Positions 36,286 through 45,802 of a stretch of 64,000 nucleotides of DNA are shown here, piece after piece. Made by a program: the position numbers and the translations under genes. A model generated the notes under the pieces. The model was not told the DNA's origin. It searched no databases and saw only the letters and a program-made list of their open reading frames with translations. How positions within the stretch are numbered: position 1 is the first letter of the stretch; every line of letters begins with the position of its first letter. Source of the stretch: Chitinophaga pinensis (GTDB lineage Bacteria > Bacteroidota > Bacteroidia > NS11-12g > UBA9320); assembly GCA_945907065.1 (NCBI GenBank), contig CAMDSC010000001.1, forward strand, positions 97,190-161,189, in the 5' to 3' direction.

Positions 36286-38133
36286 TTGCAGTCTGTGCCG
36301 CACCGCCTCAAATCCATCCTCAAATACTTCGTCTATTGGCTGCTTTTTTTCCAAGTAGGAAGATTGGTATTCTTTGGTATTACTAAAACTTCTGCCTCCC
36401 AATTCAGTCTTAAAGTTTTAGCGCAATCGATGTTGCATGGCATTTGGCTGGATGCTTCCATCGCAGGATATTTCACACTTTTTTTATGCCTCATGCTTTT
36501 GGGTGGACTGTTTGCACCGAAAATGTTTAGTACTATTTTTAAAGGTTTTCAATGGGCGATTTTGGCTGTAAGTTGTATAGCAATAATCAGCAATGCAGTT
36601 TTGTATTTATATTGGGCCTCCCCTTTAGATTATAATGCTTTAAAATATTTGGAAACGCCAAAAGAGGCAGCAGCTTCCATTAATTGGTTGTATATGATTT
36701 TGCCAATTGCAATTGGGGTAGGTTTATACTGGATTTTTAATTATTTATACCTTCAGTTAAAGTTGCACCAAATGCATGAAAAACCTGTTGGCAACACCTC
36801 GTATGTGTTTCAAGTTGTAATGATTCTGTTTTTTTGTGGCTTTTTAATTATTCCTATTCGAGGCGGCATTGGAATTGTTCCGGTTAATTTAAGTAAGGTA
36901 TATTTTCATAAGGAAATTTACCCCAATCAGGCGGCTTATAATCCAGTGTGGAATGTTCTGTATTCTTTTGCTGAATCGGGTTCTGAAAATAACTATTCGT
37001 TTATGAAGGATGAATTAGCTACTGAAAAATTTAACTCACTTTTTCAAATAAATAATTCAATAAAAGGAAATGAAAGCTTTTTAAAAACAGCCCAACCCAA
37101 TGTGGTTGTGATTGTTTTAGAAAGTTATTTGGCCAAACTGGTGGATTTGAAATACAAAGGCGAAGAAGTGATTCCAAATTTTAATGCTTTAACAAAATCC
37201 GGCATTTATTTTTCAAACCTTTATGCTAGCGGTGATAGAAGTGACAAAGGGTTGGTATCTATTTTTAGCGGCTATCCTGCCATGCCCAAGTCAGCCATTG
37301 TTCAGTTTCCCGATAAATTTTCAAAGCTTCCTTCCATTTTCAAAGATGTTGCAGCTGCAGACTACTCTACCTCTTTTTACTATGGAGGAAATCTGGATTT
37401 TGCCAATCTTCGGTCGTATTTTATTTCGGCAGGAGTTCAAAAAATCGTTTCGGATAAAGACCTTTCTTCTCTTTACAAACGTGGTAAGTGGGGAGTTCAC
37501 GACGAATTTATGCTGGCGCAATACGCCGATGAGTTGCAAAAAATGAAGCAACCGTTTTTTTCAGGATTGTTTACCCTTAGCAATCACGAGCCTTTTGATT
37601 TGCCGGGCTATTATTATTTTGGTAAACAGAACGGGGATGAGGAATATATGAGTGCCGCCCGATATACCGATGAATGTTTGGGTAAATTTCTAAAAGCTTT
37701 AAAAAAATCAAACCTTTGGAAAAATACTCTGATTGTGATGGTAGCCGATCACGGTGTAAACCGATTGGGAATAACCGAAATGCAAGTAGCAGATAAATTT
37801 CATATACCAATGGTGTGGACCGGTGGGGTGATTGAAACACCGCAAACGGTTTCAAAAATTTGCTCTCAAACGGATATTCCGTTGTTAATCCTTAATCAGT
37901 GTTGTATTAAACCTAGTCAACCTTACAAATATTCCAATGATATTGAAAAGAAAGGATCCAAGCCATTTGCTATGTATTTTTTTAATGATGGTTTTGGACT
38001 GGTAAGACAAAATTGCACTTCCATATTTGATAATGTAACTTTAAAATATTGGACAAATTCGTGTGACGAATATTCAAACGGGGTTTATGGAAAAGCATAT
38101 TTACAGCTGTTAAGTAAAGATTTCACAAAGTAA
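36286..38133 (+). CDS. LTA-synthase-family sulfatase-fold membrane protein (phosphoglycerol/phosphoethanolamine transferase-like)
   Basis: 615 aa with five N-terminal TM helices and an extracytoplasmic sulfatase domain (VVVIVLESY, SGDRSDKG, SNHEPF, ADHG). The TTG start is uncertain. Confidence 0.8.
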   Translation: MQSVPHRLKSILKYFVYWLLFFQVGRLVFFGITKTSASQFSLKVLAQSMLHGIWLDASIAGYFTLFLCLMLLGGLFAPKMFSTIFKGFQWAILAVSCIAIISNAVLYLYWASPLDYNALKYLETPKEAAASINWLYMILPIAIGVGLYWIFNYLYLQLKLHQMHEKPVGNTSYVFQVVMILFFCGFLIIPIRGGIGIVPVNLSKVYFHKEIYPNQAAYNPVWNVLYSFAESGSENNYSFMKDELATEKFNSLFQINNSIKGNESFLKTAQPNVVVIVLESYLAKLVDLKYKGEEVIPNFNALTKSGIYFSNLYASGDRSDKGLVSIFSGYPAMPKSAIVQFPDKFSKLPSIFKDVAAADYSTSFYYGGNLDFANLRSYFISAGVQKIVSDKDLSSLYKRGKWGVHDEFMLAQYADELQKMKQPFFSGLFTLSNHEPFDLPGYYYFGKQNGDEEYMSAARYTDECLGKFLKALKKSNLWKNTLIVMVADHGVNRLGITEMQVADKFHIPMVWTGGVIETPQTVSKICSQTDIPLLILNQCCIKPSQPYKYSNDIEKKGSKPFAMYFFNDGFGLVRQNCTSIFDNVTLKYWTNSCDEYSNGVYGKAYLQLLSKDFTK

Positions 38134-39665
38134 TGCCTCAGAATTTAGAATTATATATAACCCCCGAACAAGCAGACGATGATGAAAAAATAAAGGCAGT
38201 TGTTAAAAATATAGTGGGTAAAAATATCGGGCATATTCAAAAAATTAAACAATCCATTGATGCTCGCCGAACCCCAATAATGATAAGGCTTGTGCTAGAT
38301 GTGTACGCCGCAGATGAAATATTTGAATCTTTACTTTGGAAACCTGATTTTCCAAAGACTCGCAAAAAAAAATCAGCAGTTATTGTAGGTTTTGGTCCAG
38401 CAGGAATGTTTGCCGCTTTGAGGCTATTAGAAAGAGGTATTCAGCCAATTATAATTGAACGGGGAAAACCGGTAAGAGAACGAAGACGGGATTTGGCTAT
38501 GCTTAATCGCGACGGAATTGTAAATCCTGAATCGAATTATTGTTTTGGCGAAGGAGGGGCAGGAACCTATAGCGATGGAAAGCTTTATACCCGAAGTAAA
38601 AAGCGCGGTGACATCCGCAAAGTGTTGGAAATATTTGTAGCTCATGGTGCTGATGAACGCATTTTGTATGAAGCCCATCCGCATATTGGTACCAATAAAC
38701 TTCCGCATATTGTGGAAGCCATAAGGCAAACCATTATTGACATAGGCGGTGAAGTTTATTTCAATGAAAAACTGACCGATATTATAATAAAAGATAATGC
38801 TGTTAAAGCAGTAGTATTGGCCTCCGGCAAAGAAATAGCAACCGATGAAATTATATTAGCAACAGGACATTCAGCCCGCGATATATTTGAATTATTGCAT
38901 AAAAAACAAATAGCCATTGAAGCCAAATCCTTTGCTTTAGGTGTTAGAATTGAACATCCTCAAAAACTCATTGATTCGGTTCAATACCATTGTGAAACCC
39001 GCAGTGAGTATTTGCCACCTGCCAGTTACAGCTTGGTGGAACAAGCCAATGGCCGCGGGGTGTTTTCGTTTTGCATGTGTCCGGGGGGGATTATAGCTCC
39101 GGCTGCCACTTCACCCGGCGAAATTGTAGTAAACGGTTGGTCGCCATCGCGGCGAAACGGAAAGTTTGCCAACTCGGGAATGGTAGTGGCGGTGAATGAA
39201 TTCGATTGGCAAAAGTTTAAGGAATACGGCCCCTTAGCCGCCATGAAATATCAGGAAGAAATAGAGCAAAAAGCCTTTAAGGCGATTAATAAAAACCTAA
39301 CCGCTCCAGCTCAACGGCTCATAGATTTTATTAATAAAAAAGTAAGTACCACCCTGCCTGAGTGTTCCTACATACCGGGAGTGGAAGCCACGAGTTTGGA
39401 TGATATTTTACCCAATGAAATTACCAAATCATTGCGGCAAGGCTTGCAGCAAATGGGCCGAAAAATGAAAGGCTATTTAACGCCTGAAGCCATATTGGTA
39501 GGAGTGGAGAGCAGAACTTCATCCCCTGTAAAAATCCCCAGAGATAAAGAAACTTTTCAACACCCGGATATTAAAGGCTTGTTTCCCTGTGGAGAAGGAG
39601 CTGGTTTTGCTGGAGGAATTGTTTCAGCGGCTTTGGATGGGATGGCTTGTGCGGAGAGGATATGA
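38133..39665 (+). CDS. NAD(P)/FAD-dependent oxidoreductase (COG2509-type uncharacterised dehydrogenase)
   Basis: 510 aa with AVIVGFGPAGMFAALRL and the C-terminal CGEGAGFAGGIVSAALDG. Confidence 0.75.
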   Translation: MPQNLELYITPEQADDDEKIKAVVKNIVGKNIGHIQKIKQSIDARRTPIMIRLVLDVYAADEIFESLLWKPDFPKTRKKKSAVIVGFGPAGMFAALRLLERGIQPIIIERGKPVRERRRDLAMLNRDGIVNPESNYCFGEGGAGTYSDGKLYTRSKKRGDIRKVLEIFVAHGADERILYEAHPHIGTNKLPHIVEAIRQTIIDIGGEVYFNEKLTDIIIKDNAVKAVVLASGKEIATDEIILATGHSARDIFELLHKKQIAIEAKSFALGVRIEHPQKLIDSVQYHCETRSEYLPPASYSLVEQANGRGVFSFCMCPGGIIAPAATSPGEIVVNGWSPSRRNGKFANSGMVVAVNEFDWQKFKEYGPLAAMKYQEEIEQKAFKAINKNLTAPAQRLIDFINKKVSTTLPECSYIPGVEATSLDDILPNEITKSLRQGLQQMGRKMKGYLTPEAILVGVESRTSSPVKIPRDKETFQHPDIKGLFPCGEGAGFAGGIVSAALDGMACAERI

Positions 39666-39742
39666 GCCTTTGTCACAAAAAGGAAGGAAACATCTTTTAT
39701 ACTCAAAGATCCCTTGTTCTTCAAGAGGACAATTAACGAAAT

Positions 39743-40144
39743 TTATAAATAAACAATAGATTGCGAAATAGGGCAAACCTTAATAAGCATGGCATACACC
39801 CCGCAATATTTTTCGGTAGATAATTGAACGGCACGTTCTATTTTAGGTTGGTTTTCTTTGGCTGTTTTAATTCTAAATTCCATATGAATATGGCTGTAAA
39901 CCGAAGGAACGTCATCCGTTAAATCTCCAGTGGTTTTAATACTGAAGTCGGAAAATTCCACTTTCATTTTTTCTAAAATAGGCACCACATCAAATCCTGA
40001 GCAAATAGCCAATGAGTTTAAAATAATAGCTTTTGGTCGAGGCCCTGTGTTTCCATCCTTGCCATCAAAACGAATGGTATGTCCATCAATAAGCGCATCA
40101 AAGGCCAATTCATCCATATGATAAGATTCAGTGATATGCTGCAT
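39743..40144 (-). CDS. OsmC/Ohr-family peroxiredoxin-like protein
   Basis: 133 aa with the two conserved Cys contexts (LNSLAICSG and EKYCGVYAML) typical of the OsmC family. Confidence 0.7.
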   Translation of the reverse strand: MQHITESYHMDELAFDALIDGHTIRFDGKDGNTGPRPKAIILNSLAICSGFDVVPILEKMKVEFSDFSIKTTGDLTDDVPSVYSHIHMEFRIKTAKENQPKIERAVQLSTEKYCGVYAMLIKVCPISQSIVYL

Positions 40145-40147
40145 TAT

Positions 40148-40378
40148 TTAATGATGATTTTTCTTTTTAGATTTGGCATGAAAAGGGCTGGCATGATATT
40201 TTCGAGTGCTATATCCAAATATGCCATAGATTGGACAGAAATTTATTAATCCTGTAACCAAAATGATAACACCTATAATTCCTAACCAAATTACTTGGGT
40301 AAATACAGCAATTAAACTCAATGACAATCCTAATGTTATGCGGATTAATTTGTCTGCTTGACTTATATTTGATTTCAT
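40148..40378 (-). CDS. DUF2892 (YgaP-like two-TM) membrane protein
   Basis: The internal ATG at 40378 gives MKSNISQADKLIRITLGLSL...GLINFCPIYGIFG, the DUF2892 pattern. The longer track ORF would overlap the upstream gene. Confidence 0.6.
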   Translation of the reverse strand: MKSNISQADKLIRITLGLSLSLIAVFTQVIWLGIIGVIILVTGLINFCPIYGIFGYSTRKYHASPFHAKSKKKNHH

Positions 40379-40395
40379 ATATTTATAGATAAGTT

Positions 40396-40680
40396 TTAAT
40401 TTTCTTGTGGATTGAGTCTTCCAATGGCGCAACTTACATAACTTTTAGCTTTTGTAAGCAATGAATTCGAATCACCTACTTCTGGGTAACCAATGGAAGC
40501 TAATTTTTGAGCTATTTCCTGATGAGAAATAATATGGTCATCGTATTTAACGGTAATGTTAAAATGGTCATTATCTACCGATACATCATTTACACCAAGG
40601 AGCGAAGCTATAGAGTTTTTGATAGTGGATGCACACCCTTTGCATTTTAAGTTTTCAATTAATATGGACTCGGTTTTCAT
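40396..40680 (-). CDS. Heavy-metal-associated domain protein (CopZ-like)
   Basis: 94 aa. NLKCKGCASTIKNSI carries a CxxC motif in a beta-alpha-beta-beta-alpha-beta-sized protein. Confidence 0.7.
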   Translation of the reverse strand: MKTESILIENLKCKGCASTIKNSIASLLGVNDVSVDNDHFNITVKYDDHIISHQEIAQKLASIGYPEVGDSNSLLTKAKSYVSCAIGRLNPQEN

Positions 40681-40757
40681 TGTAAAATTTTAATAAGCAA
40701 ATTTATGTTGAGACGTATAATTAAAATATGAGATTGGTCATATAGAAAGGAAAAAAA

Positions 40758-41120
40758 TTAATGATTAACACCAGTAAAAAGTTTTGGTAAAAATATAATT
40801 ATTCCAATTATTGAGGCAGCAATACTTATTATTAAAACTGAACCCGCAGATAAATCTTTTATGATTTTAATTTTAGGATTTAGGTTGGGTTCTACCAAAT
40901 TACACAGATGTTCAATTGCAGTATTAAAGGCTTCGGCGGCTAATACCAATCCTATTCCAAAAAGTATGGTAATCCATTCATTTCCAGAAATCTTTAACCA
41001 AAATCCTAATCCAATTACCATAAGCGCTATAGCACTTTGAATTTTTGCATTTCTCTCAAAACGAAACAAATAGGAAATGCCTTGAATAGCATAAGAAAGA
41101 GATTTTAAGAATTGTTTCAT
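40758..41120 (-). CDS. dgkA: Diacylglycerol/undecaprenol kinase
   Basis: 120 aa with three TM helices. Shows FRFERNAKIQ and the AEAFNTAIE motif. Confidence 0.8.
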   Translation of the reverse strand: MKQFLKSLSYAIQGISYLFRFERNAKIQSAIALMVIGLGFWLKISGNEWITILFGIGLVLAAEAFNTAIEHLCNLVEPNLNPKIKIIKDLSAGSVLIISIAASIIGIIIFLPKLFTGVNH

Positions 41121-41252
41121 AGCAACAAAAATAAGGTGTAGCCAGTTTAAACTTACACAAAGCCGTCAGTTTATCTGTAAAGATTTGAAACTCCTCAATA
41201 AATAAATTGTTTTCTACACAAAATGGTATCTATTTTGCGTTATCAATTTTAA

Positions 41253-42539
41253 ATGCAAAAACTAAGTATCTTATTCCTTTTTAGTATTCCATGGTTACTT
41301 CAAGCTCAGGATTTGGGTGTTGATGATCCAATTATTTATAAAAATCAAATTTTTGACCCTCTTGTGGAAACAGTTTTGCTCAACAAATCCAGTGAATTGA
41401 CAGATCCCGTGCCTATGATAAATCTGAATTCAGGCGAGCAATTGCAATTAACATTTGATATGCTAAATCCTACCAACGAGTTTTTGCAGTTTACAATGAT
41501 TCATTGTAATTCGAATTGGGAACCTAGTAATATGACCCAAAATGAATACCTCGCTGGAAATTATCAAAGCAACATTACCGATTATAAATTTAGTACTAAT
41601 ACGTATCAAAAATATGTAAGTTATAAATGTGTATTTCCTTCGCAGGATGTTTCATTTACCCGTTCTGGAAATTATATTTTAAAGGTTTACCGAAATTTTG
41701 ATATCGAAGAGTTACTGCTGGTAAGGCGTTTCATGGTATTAGACCCAAAAGTAATTGTTACTGCCAAAGTAAATAGTGCCACAGATGTTCGTTATAGGTT
41801 TGCCAAACAAGAGGTAGATTTTTGGGTAGATTTTAAAAATTACTTTATTCCCAATCCATATATTGATGTTAAAGCATCTGTTTTGCAAAATTATAATTGG
41901 AGTACAGCCATCACAAATCTAAAACCCAATTTTGTTGGTAATGGTCAATTGACTTATAATTATGAAGAAGGAAATCTTTTTGGTGGTGGTAATGAATTTA
42001 GATTTTTCGATATTCGTTCACTTCGATTTTTTAGCATGAATGTAGCTGAAAAATATATTGACTCTATGAAAAACGCGGTATTAAAACCTGAACAAACTCG
42101 GGCTCATTTGGCATATTATAATCAGTTTGATTACAACGGCCGCAGGGCAATTTCAAATAAGGACGGTAATAAAATAGTTGAAGATGGCGATTACGCTTTG
42201 GTTCATTTTTATCTAAAAGCCGACCACGAACTAAGTCCCAACGGAGTATATGTTTTTGGTGAGTTTACCGATTGGCAGATGAATGAAAAGTATAGGTTAG
42301 AATATTATCCTGAAAAAGGTTGTTATTTTAAAACCATGAAATTAAAGCAGAGTTATTATAACTATGAATATGTAACTCCAGCCGATGATGGAAAAACTCC
42401 TGAACATACATTTACTGAAGGAGATCATTATGAAACCGAAAACGACTATGATATTTTTCTTTATCATAAAAACCAGCAATATGGTTATGATGAATTAATC
42501 GGGTATTTGCACATGAATACGAATACTAATCAACGATAA
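41253..42539 (+). CDS. Secreted hypothetical protein (DUF5103 / T9SS plug-protein-like candidate)
   Basis: 428 aa with a signal peptide ending LQAQ. The size and N-terminal pattern resemble my recollection of DUF5103, but this is unverified. Confidence 0.35.
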   Translation: MQKLSILFLFSIPWLLQAQDLGVDDPIIYKNQIFDPLVETVLLNKSSELTDPVPMINLNSGEQLQLTFDMLNPTNEFLQFTMIHCNSNWEPSNMTQNEYLAGNYQSNITDYKFSTNTYQKYVSYKCVFPSQDVSFTRSGNYILKVYRNFDIEELLLVRRFMVLDPKVIVTAKVNSATDVRYRFAKQEVDFWVDFKNYFIPNPYIDVKASVLQNYNWSTAITNLKPNFVGNGQLTYNYEEGNLFGGGNEFRFFDIRSLRFFSMNVAEKYIDSMKNAVLKPEQTRAHLAYYNQFDYNGRRAISNKDGNKIVEDGDYALVHFYLKADHELSPNGVYVFGEFTDWQMNEKYRLEYYPEKGCYFKTMKLKQSYYNYEYVTPADDGKTPEHTFTEGDHYETENDYDIFLYHKNQQYGYDELIGYLHMNTNTNQR

Positions 42540-42544
42540 TTACA

Positions 42545-42581
42545 AATGGTTAGTGGTTAATTGTTAATGATGAATTAAAAG
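42545..42581. repeat. Heptad-word array AATGGTT AGTGGTT AATTGTT AATGATG AATTAAA
   Basis: Period-7 near-repeats lie directly after the stop of the 41253-42539 gene. The gene's last codons (NTNTNQR) are themselves repetitive. Confidence 0.6.
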
Positions 42582-42626
42582 AATAAGTTTAACATTTCTC
42601 AAATCATTCTTAATTTCGACAATTAA

Positions 42627-43721
42627 TTGGAACTTCAATATCAAATAGCTTTAACCCTTGTTGATGGCGTGGGTCCGGTAATTGCCAAAAATTTGATAAG
42701 CTATTGCGGAAGTGCTTCCGCTGTTTTTAAGGCAAAAAAATCAACCCTTATAAAAATTCCGGAAATAGGGGAAGTAACGGCTAAAGCAGTTTTGGCGTTT
42801 ACTGATTTTCAAAAGGCGGAAGATGAATTGAAATTTATAGAGAAACATAAAATTAAAACCTTTTTTTATGCTTCTGCTGATTATCCGTATCGGTTAAAAA
42901 GTACTTCCGATTGTCCGGTAGTTCTTTATCAATTGGGCAATGCCGATTTGAATGCTGATAAAATAATTGGAATTGTGGGAACTCGAAAACCAACCGAATA
43001 TGGAAAGCAATTTTGTGAAAAATTATTAGAAGATTTAAACGGAACGGGAATAACTGTAATCAGCGGAATGGCTTATGGAATAGATGTGTGTGCTCATAAA
43101 GCTGCTTTAAAAAATCAATTGCCTACTGTAGGAGTTTTGGCACATGGGTTAGATCGATTGTATCCAGCCGACCATAAAAAACATGTGCAGCCAATGATAG
43201 ATGGAAAAGGTGGTTTGATTACTGAATTTTTATCAGGTACCATTCCAGACCGTGAAAATTTTCCTAAAAGAAATAGAATAGTAGCCGGCTTGTGTGATGC
43301 CTTAATTGTAGTGGAAACTGCCCATCGAGGCGGTTCAATGATTACAGCAGAACTGGCTTGGCAGTACGATAGAACTTTAATGGCCCTGCCAGGAAGAAGC
43401 AATGATGAAAAATCTACTGGTTGCAATTTTTTAATAAAAACCAATAAGGCTGAAATGATTGAAAATTCTCTCGATTTGGTTCGCTCGTTGGGTTGGGATA
43501 CAGCTTCAAAATTACCACCATCTCAGCGATTGTTGCCTATTGACTTGTCGCCGGAAGAAACGTTATTGTGGAATTTATTTAAAGAAAAACCATTGATGGA
43601 AATAGATGAGATAATTGGTGTTTCTAATTTTAGCAGCAGTCAAGCCGCTTTAACTTTACTGGATTTGGAATTTAAAGGCTTGATAAAAACTTTGCCTGGA
43701 AAACGGTTTCAATTGTTATGA
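42627..43721 (+). CDS. dprA: DNA-processing protein DprA (Smf)
   Basis: 364 aa. Shows IVGTRKPTEYG, SGMAYGIDVCAHKAAL and GGSMITA motifs, with a C-terminal winged-helix tail. Confidence 0.85.
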   Translation: MELQYQIALTLVDGVGPVIAKNLISYCGSASAVFKAKKSTLIKIPEIGEVTAKAVLAFTDFQKAEDELKFIEKHKIKTFFYASADYPYRLKSTSDCPVVLYQLGNADLNADKIIGIVGTRKPTEYGKQFCEKLLEDLNGTGITVISGMAYGIDVCAHKAALKNQLPTVGVLAHGLDRLYPADHKKHVQPMIDGKGGLITEFLSGTIPDRENFPKRNRIVAGLCDALIVVETAHRGGSMITAELAWQYDRTLMALPGRSNDEKSTGCNFLIKTNKAEMIENSLDLVRSLGWDTASKLPPSQRLLPIDLSPEETLLWNLFKEKPLMEIDEIIGVSNFSSSQAALTLLDLEFKGLIKTLPGKRFQLL

Positions 43722-44926
43722 TTCCTGAAAAGTTTCTCAATATAAAACTATCCCACTTTGATTATTTACTTCCGGAGGAACGCATAGCGCAAAATCCTTT
43801 GGAAAAACGCGATCAATCTAAATTACTAGTTTATCAAAAGGGTGAAATAACGAACCATGTATTTAATGAAATACCTGAATTATTACCGGTCAATAGTCAA
43901 TTGGTTTTAAATAATGCTAAAGTAATTCCAGCTCGGTTGAGTTTTTATAGAGCTACTGGAGCCAAAATTGAGGTATTTCTTTTGGAACCCGAAAGTCCTT
44001 TTACCCAAATGGAATTGGCTTTAAGAGTTACAGGTAAGTGTATTTGGCAATGCATGATTGGAAATTTAAAGCGTTGGAAGGACGATGAAATTTTAACATT
44101 AAAATTAAACGATTTGGTATTAAATGCCAAGCTATTTTCAAGAGAGAAACAATTGGTAGAACTGAGTTGGGAAGGAAATTTACCTTTTAGTACAATTCTT
44201 GATTTGGCAGGGAAAACGCCTTTGCCACCTTACATAAAACGAGATGCAGAAATTTCTGATTTAAGTTCATATCAAACGGTTTTTGCAAAACAAGAAGGAG
44301 CCGTAGCTGCTCCTACAGCAGGGCTTCATTTTTCGGAAGAGGTATTGGAAAAGCTTAAAAAAAGGCAAATTGAAACTACGGAAGTTACACTTTATGTAGG
44401 GGCTGGAACTTTTGCCCCTGTAAATGTAGAAACTATGGTAGATCATGAAATGCATGCCGAAATGATTTCGGTGACGGCAGAAACTATTGAAGAACTTTTA
44501 GAAGATAAAATAAGAGTGGCGGTGGGTACAACTTCTTTAAGAACCTTAGAAAGTTTGTATTGGATGGGGGTTAAAATTAAGAAGAACGAAAAGGAGCCTT
44601 TAACAATTGAAAAATTATATCCATATCAGTTTTCACAACTTTCGTTAACTTGGAATGAGTCAATGCGAGAACTAAAAAAGTATATGATAAAAACTAACCT
44701 GAAAGTAATTACCGCAAAAACAGCTATTATGATTATGCCGGGATATAAGTTTACCTCCGTAAAAGCCTTGATAACTAATTTTCATTATCCCAATACTACA
44801 CTCATTATGTTGGTAACCGCCTTTATTGGGGATGATTGGCAAAAGGTTTATAAAAATGCTTTGGATAATGATTATCGCTTTTTGAGTTATGGCGATAGTA
44901 GCCTGTTATGGCTAAATCAAATTTAA
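43718..44926 (+). CDS. queA: S-adenosylmethionine:tRNA ribosyltransferase-isomerase
   Basis: 402 aa. Shows FDYLLPEERIAQNPLEKRDQSKLLV, PLPPYIKR, AAPTAGLHF and GTTSLRTLES. Confidence 0.9.
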   Translation: MIPEKFLNIKLSHFDYLLPEERIAQNPLEKRDQSKLLVYQKGEITNHVFNEIPELLPVNSQLVLNNAKVIPARLSFYRATGAKIEVFLLEPESPFTQMELALRVTGKCIWQCMIGNLKRWKDDEILTLKLNDLVLNAKLFSREKQLVELSWEGNLPFSTILDLAGKTPLPPYIKRDAEISDLSSYQTVFAKQEGAVAAPTAGLHFSEEVLEKLKKRQIETTEVTLYVGAGTFAPVNVETMVDHEMHAEMISVTAETIEELLEDKIRVAVGTTSLRTLESLYWMGVKIKKNEKEPLTIEKLYPYQFSQLSLTWNESMRELKKYMIKTNLKVITAKTAIMIMPGYKFTSVKALITNFHYPNTTLIMLVTAFIGDDWQKVYKNALDNDYRFLSYGDSSLLWLNQI

Positions 44927-45744
44927 TTTAACACACTTACTTTCTCTCTTTTCAAAATTTGATTGTCAGTGTCAATCAATTCTGCTAAATAAATTCCTTT
45001 GCTTAATCTGGAAATATTAATTGAAGAATTGGTAACAGGAAACTCAAAATTTTGTCCTGTAGCCGAAATTAATCTCACTTTGGCCAGTTTATCTTTGGCC
45101 TTATCTGTAAAATTCAAACTTCCGTTTGTAGGATTTGGATATACAGAAATTAGTGAATTGTTTAAAGTTTTCATAACTGAACCAGGTTTAGAAAACTTTA
45201 GATTATCAATTATAGCATATTCACCGGCTACACCACCTACATTGAAATAGCTAATTCTTAAAGTATAATATTTAGGAATTTGACCTGTATTAAATGAAAT
45301 AGCCATATTTCCTGCTGAATAGGTACTATTATTGCCCGATGATGTCCAATTAAAATCTCTTAAATCTTTTTTCTTGGAATCTTTAAAATAGATTTCTAGG
45401 TAAAGTCCATTGAATTGAGAAGTGATATTATTATAAATCTTATAATCAAAAGTAAGATTTCCTGGAGTGGAGGTAATAGAATCTTCTCTTGAAATATATG
45501 AACTGATTACGCCACCGGCATAAGATATCGTCCCAATTTGAATGGCATAACTACCAACACTTGGTATGGATACTTTTTTTACACTGTTGGTAACAAGTCC
45601 TACCGAATCGCACTGCCAGCCAATTGGCGCAAGTTTGGTATATCTTGTAGCCCAGTCTTCAAAACTTGAATTAGTAATTAATGGTTGTGCAAATGATAAA
45701 ATGGTGTTAAAAATAACAGTTAAAAGGAGTAGTGTTTTTTTCAT
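44923..45744 (-). CDS. Secreted protein with a T9SS type A C-terminal sorting domain
   Basis: 273 aa with a signal peptide. The C-terminus ISVYPNPTNGSLNF...LSKGIYLAELID...KVSVLN matches the Por secretion tail. Confidence 0.8.
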   Translation of the reverse strand: MKKTLLLLTVIFNTILSFAQPLITNSSFEDWATRYTKLAPIGWQCDSVGLVTNSVKKVSIPSVGSYAIQIGTISYAGGVISSYISREDSITSTPGNLTFDYKIYNNITSQFNGLYLEIYFKDSKKKDLRDFNWTSSGNNSTYSAGNMAISFNTGQIPKYYTLRISYFNVGGVAGEYAIIDNLKFSKPGSVMKTLNNSLISVYPNPTNGSLNFTDKAKDKLAKVRLISATGQNFEFPVTNSSINISRLSKGIYLAELIDTDNQILKREKVSVLN

Positions 45745-45802
45745 AGTTCTCGGTTTTTATGAATTTCAAATGTATTGTTTAATTAATAATCTGAAAGTCA
45801 TT

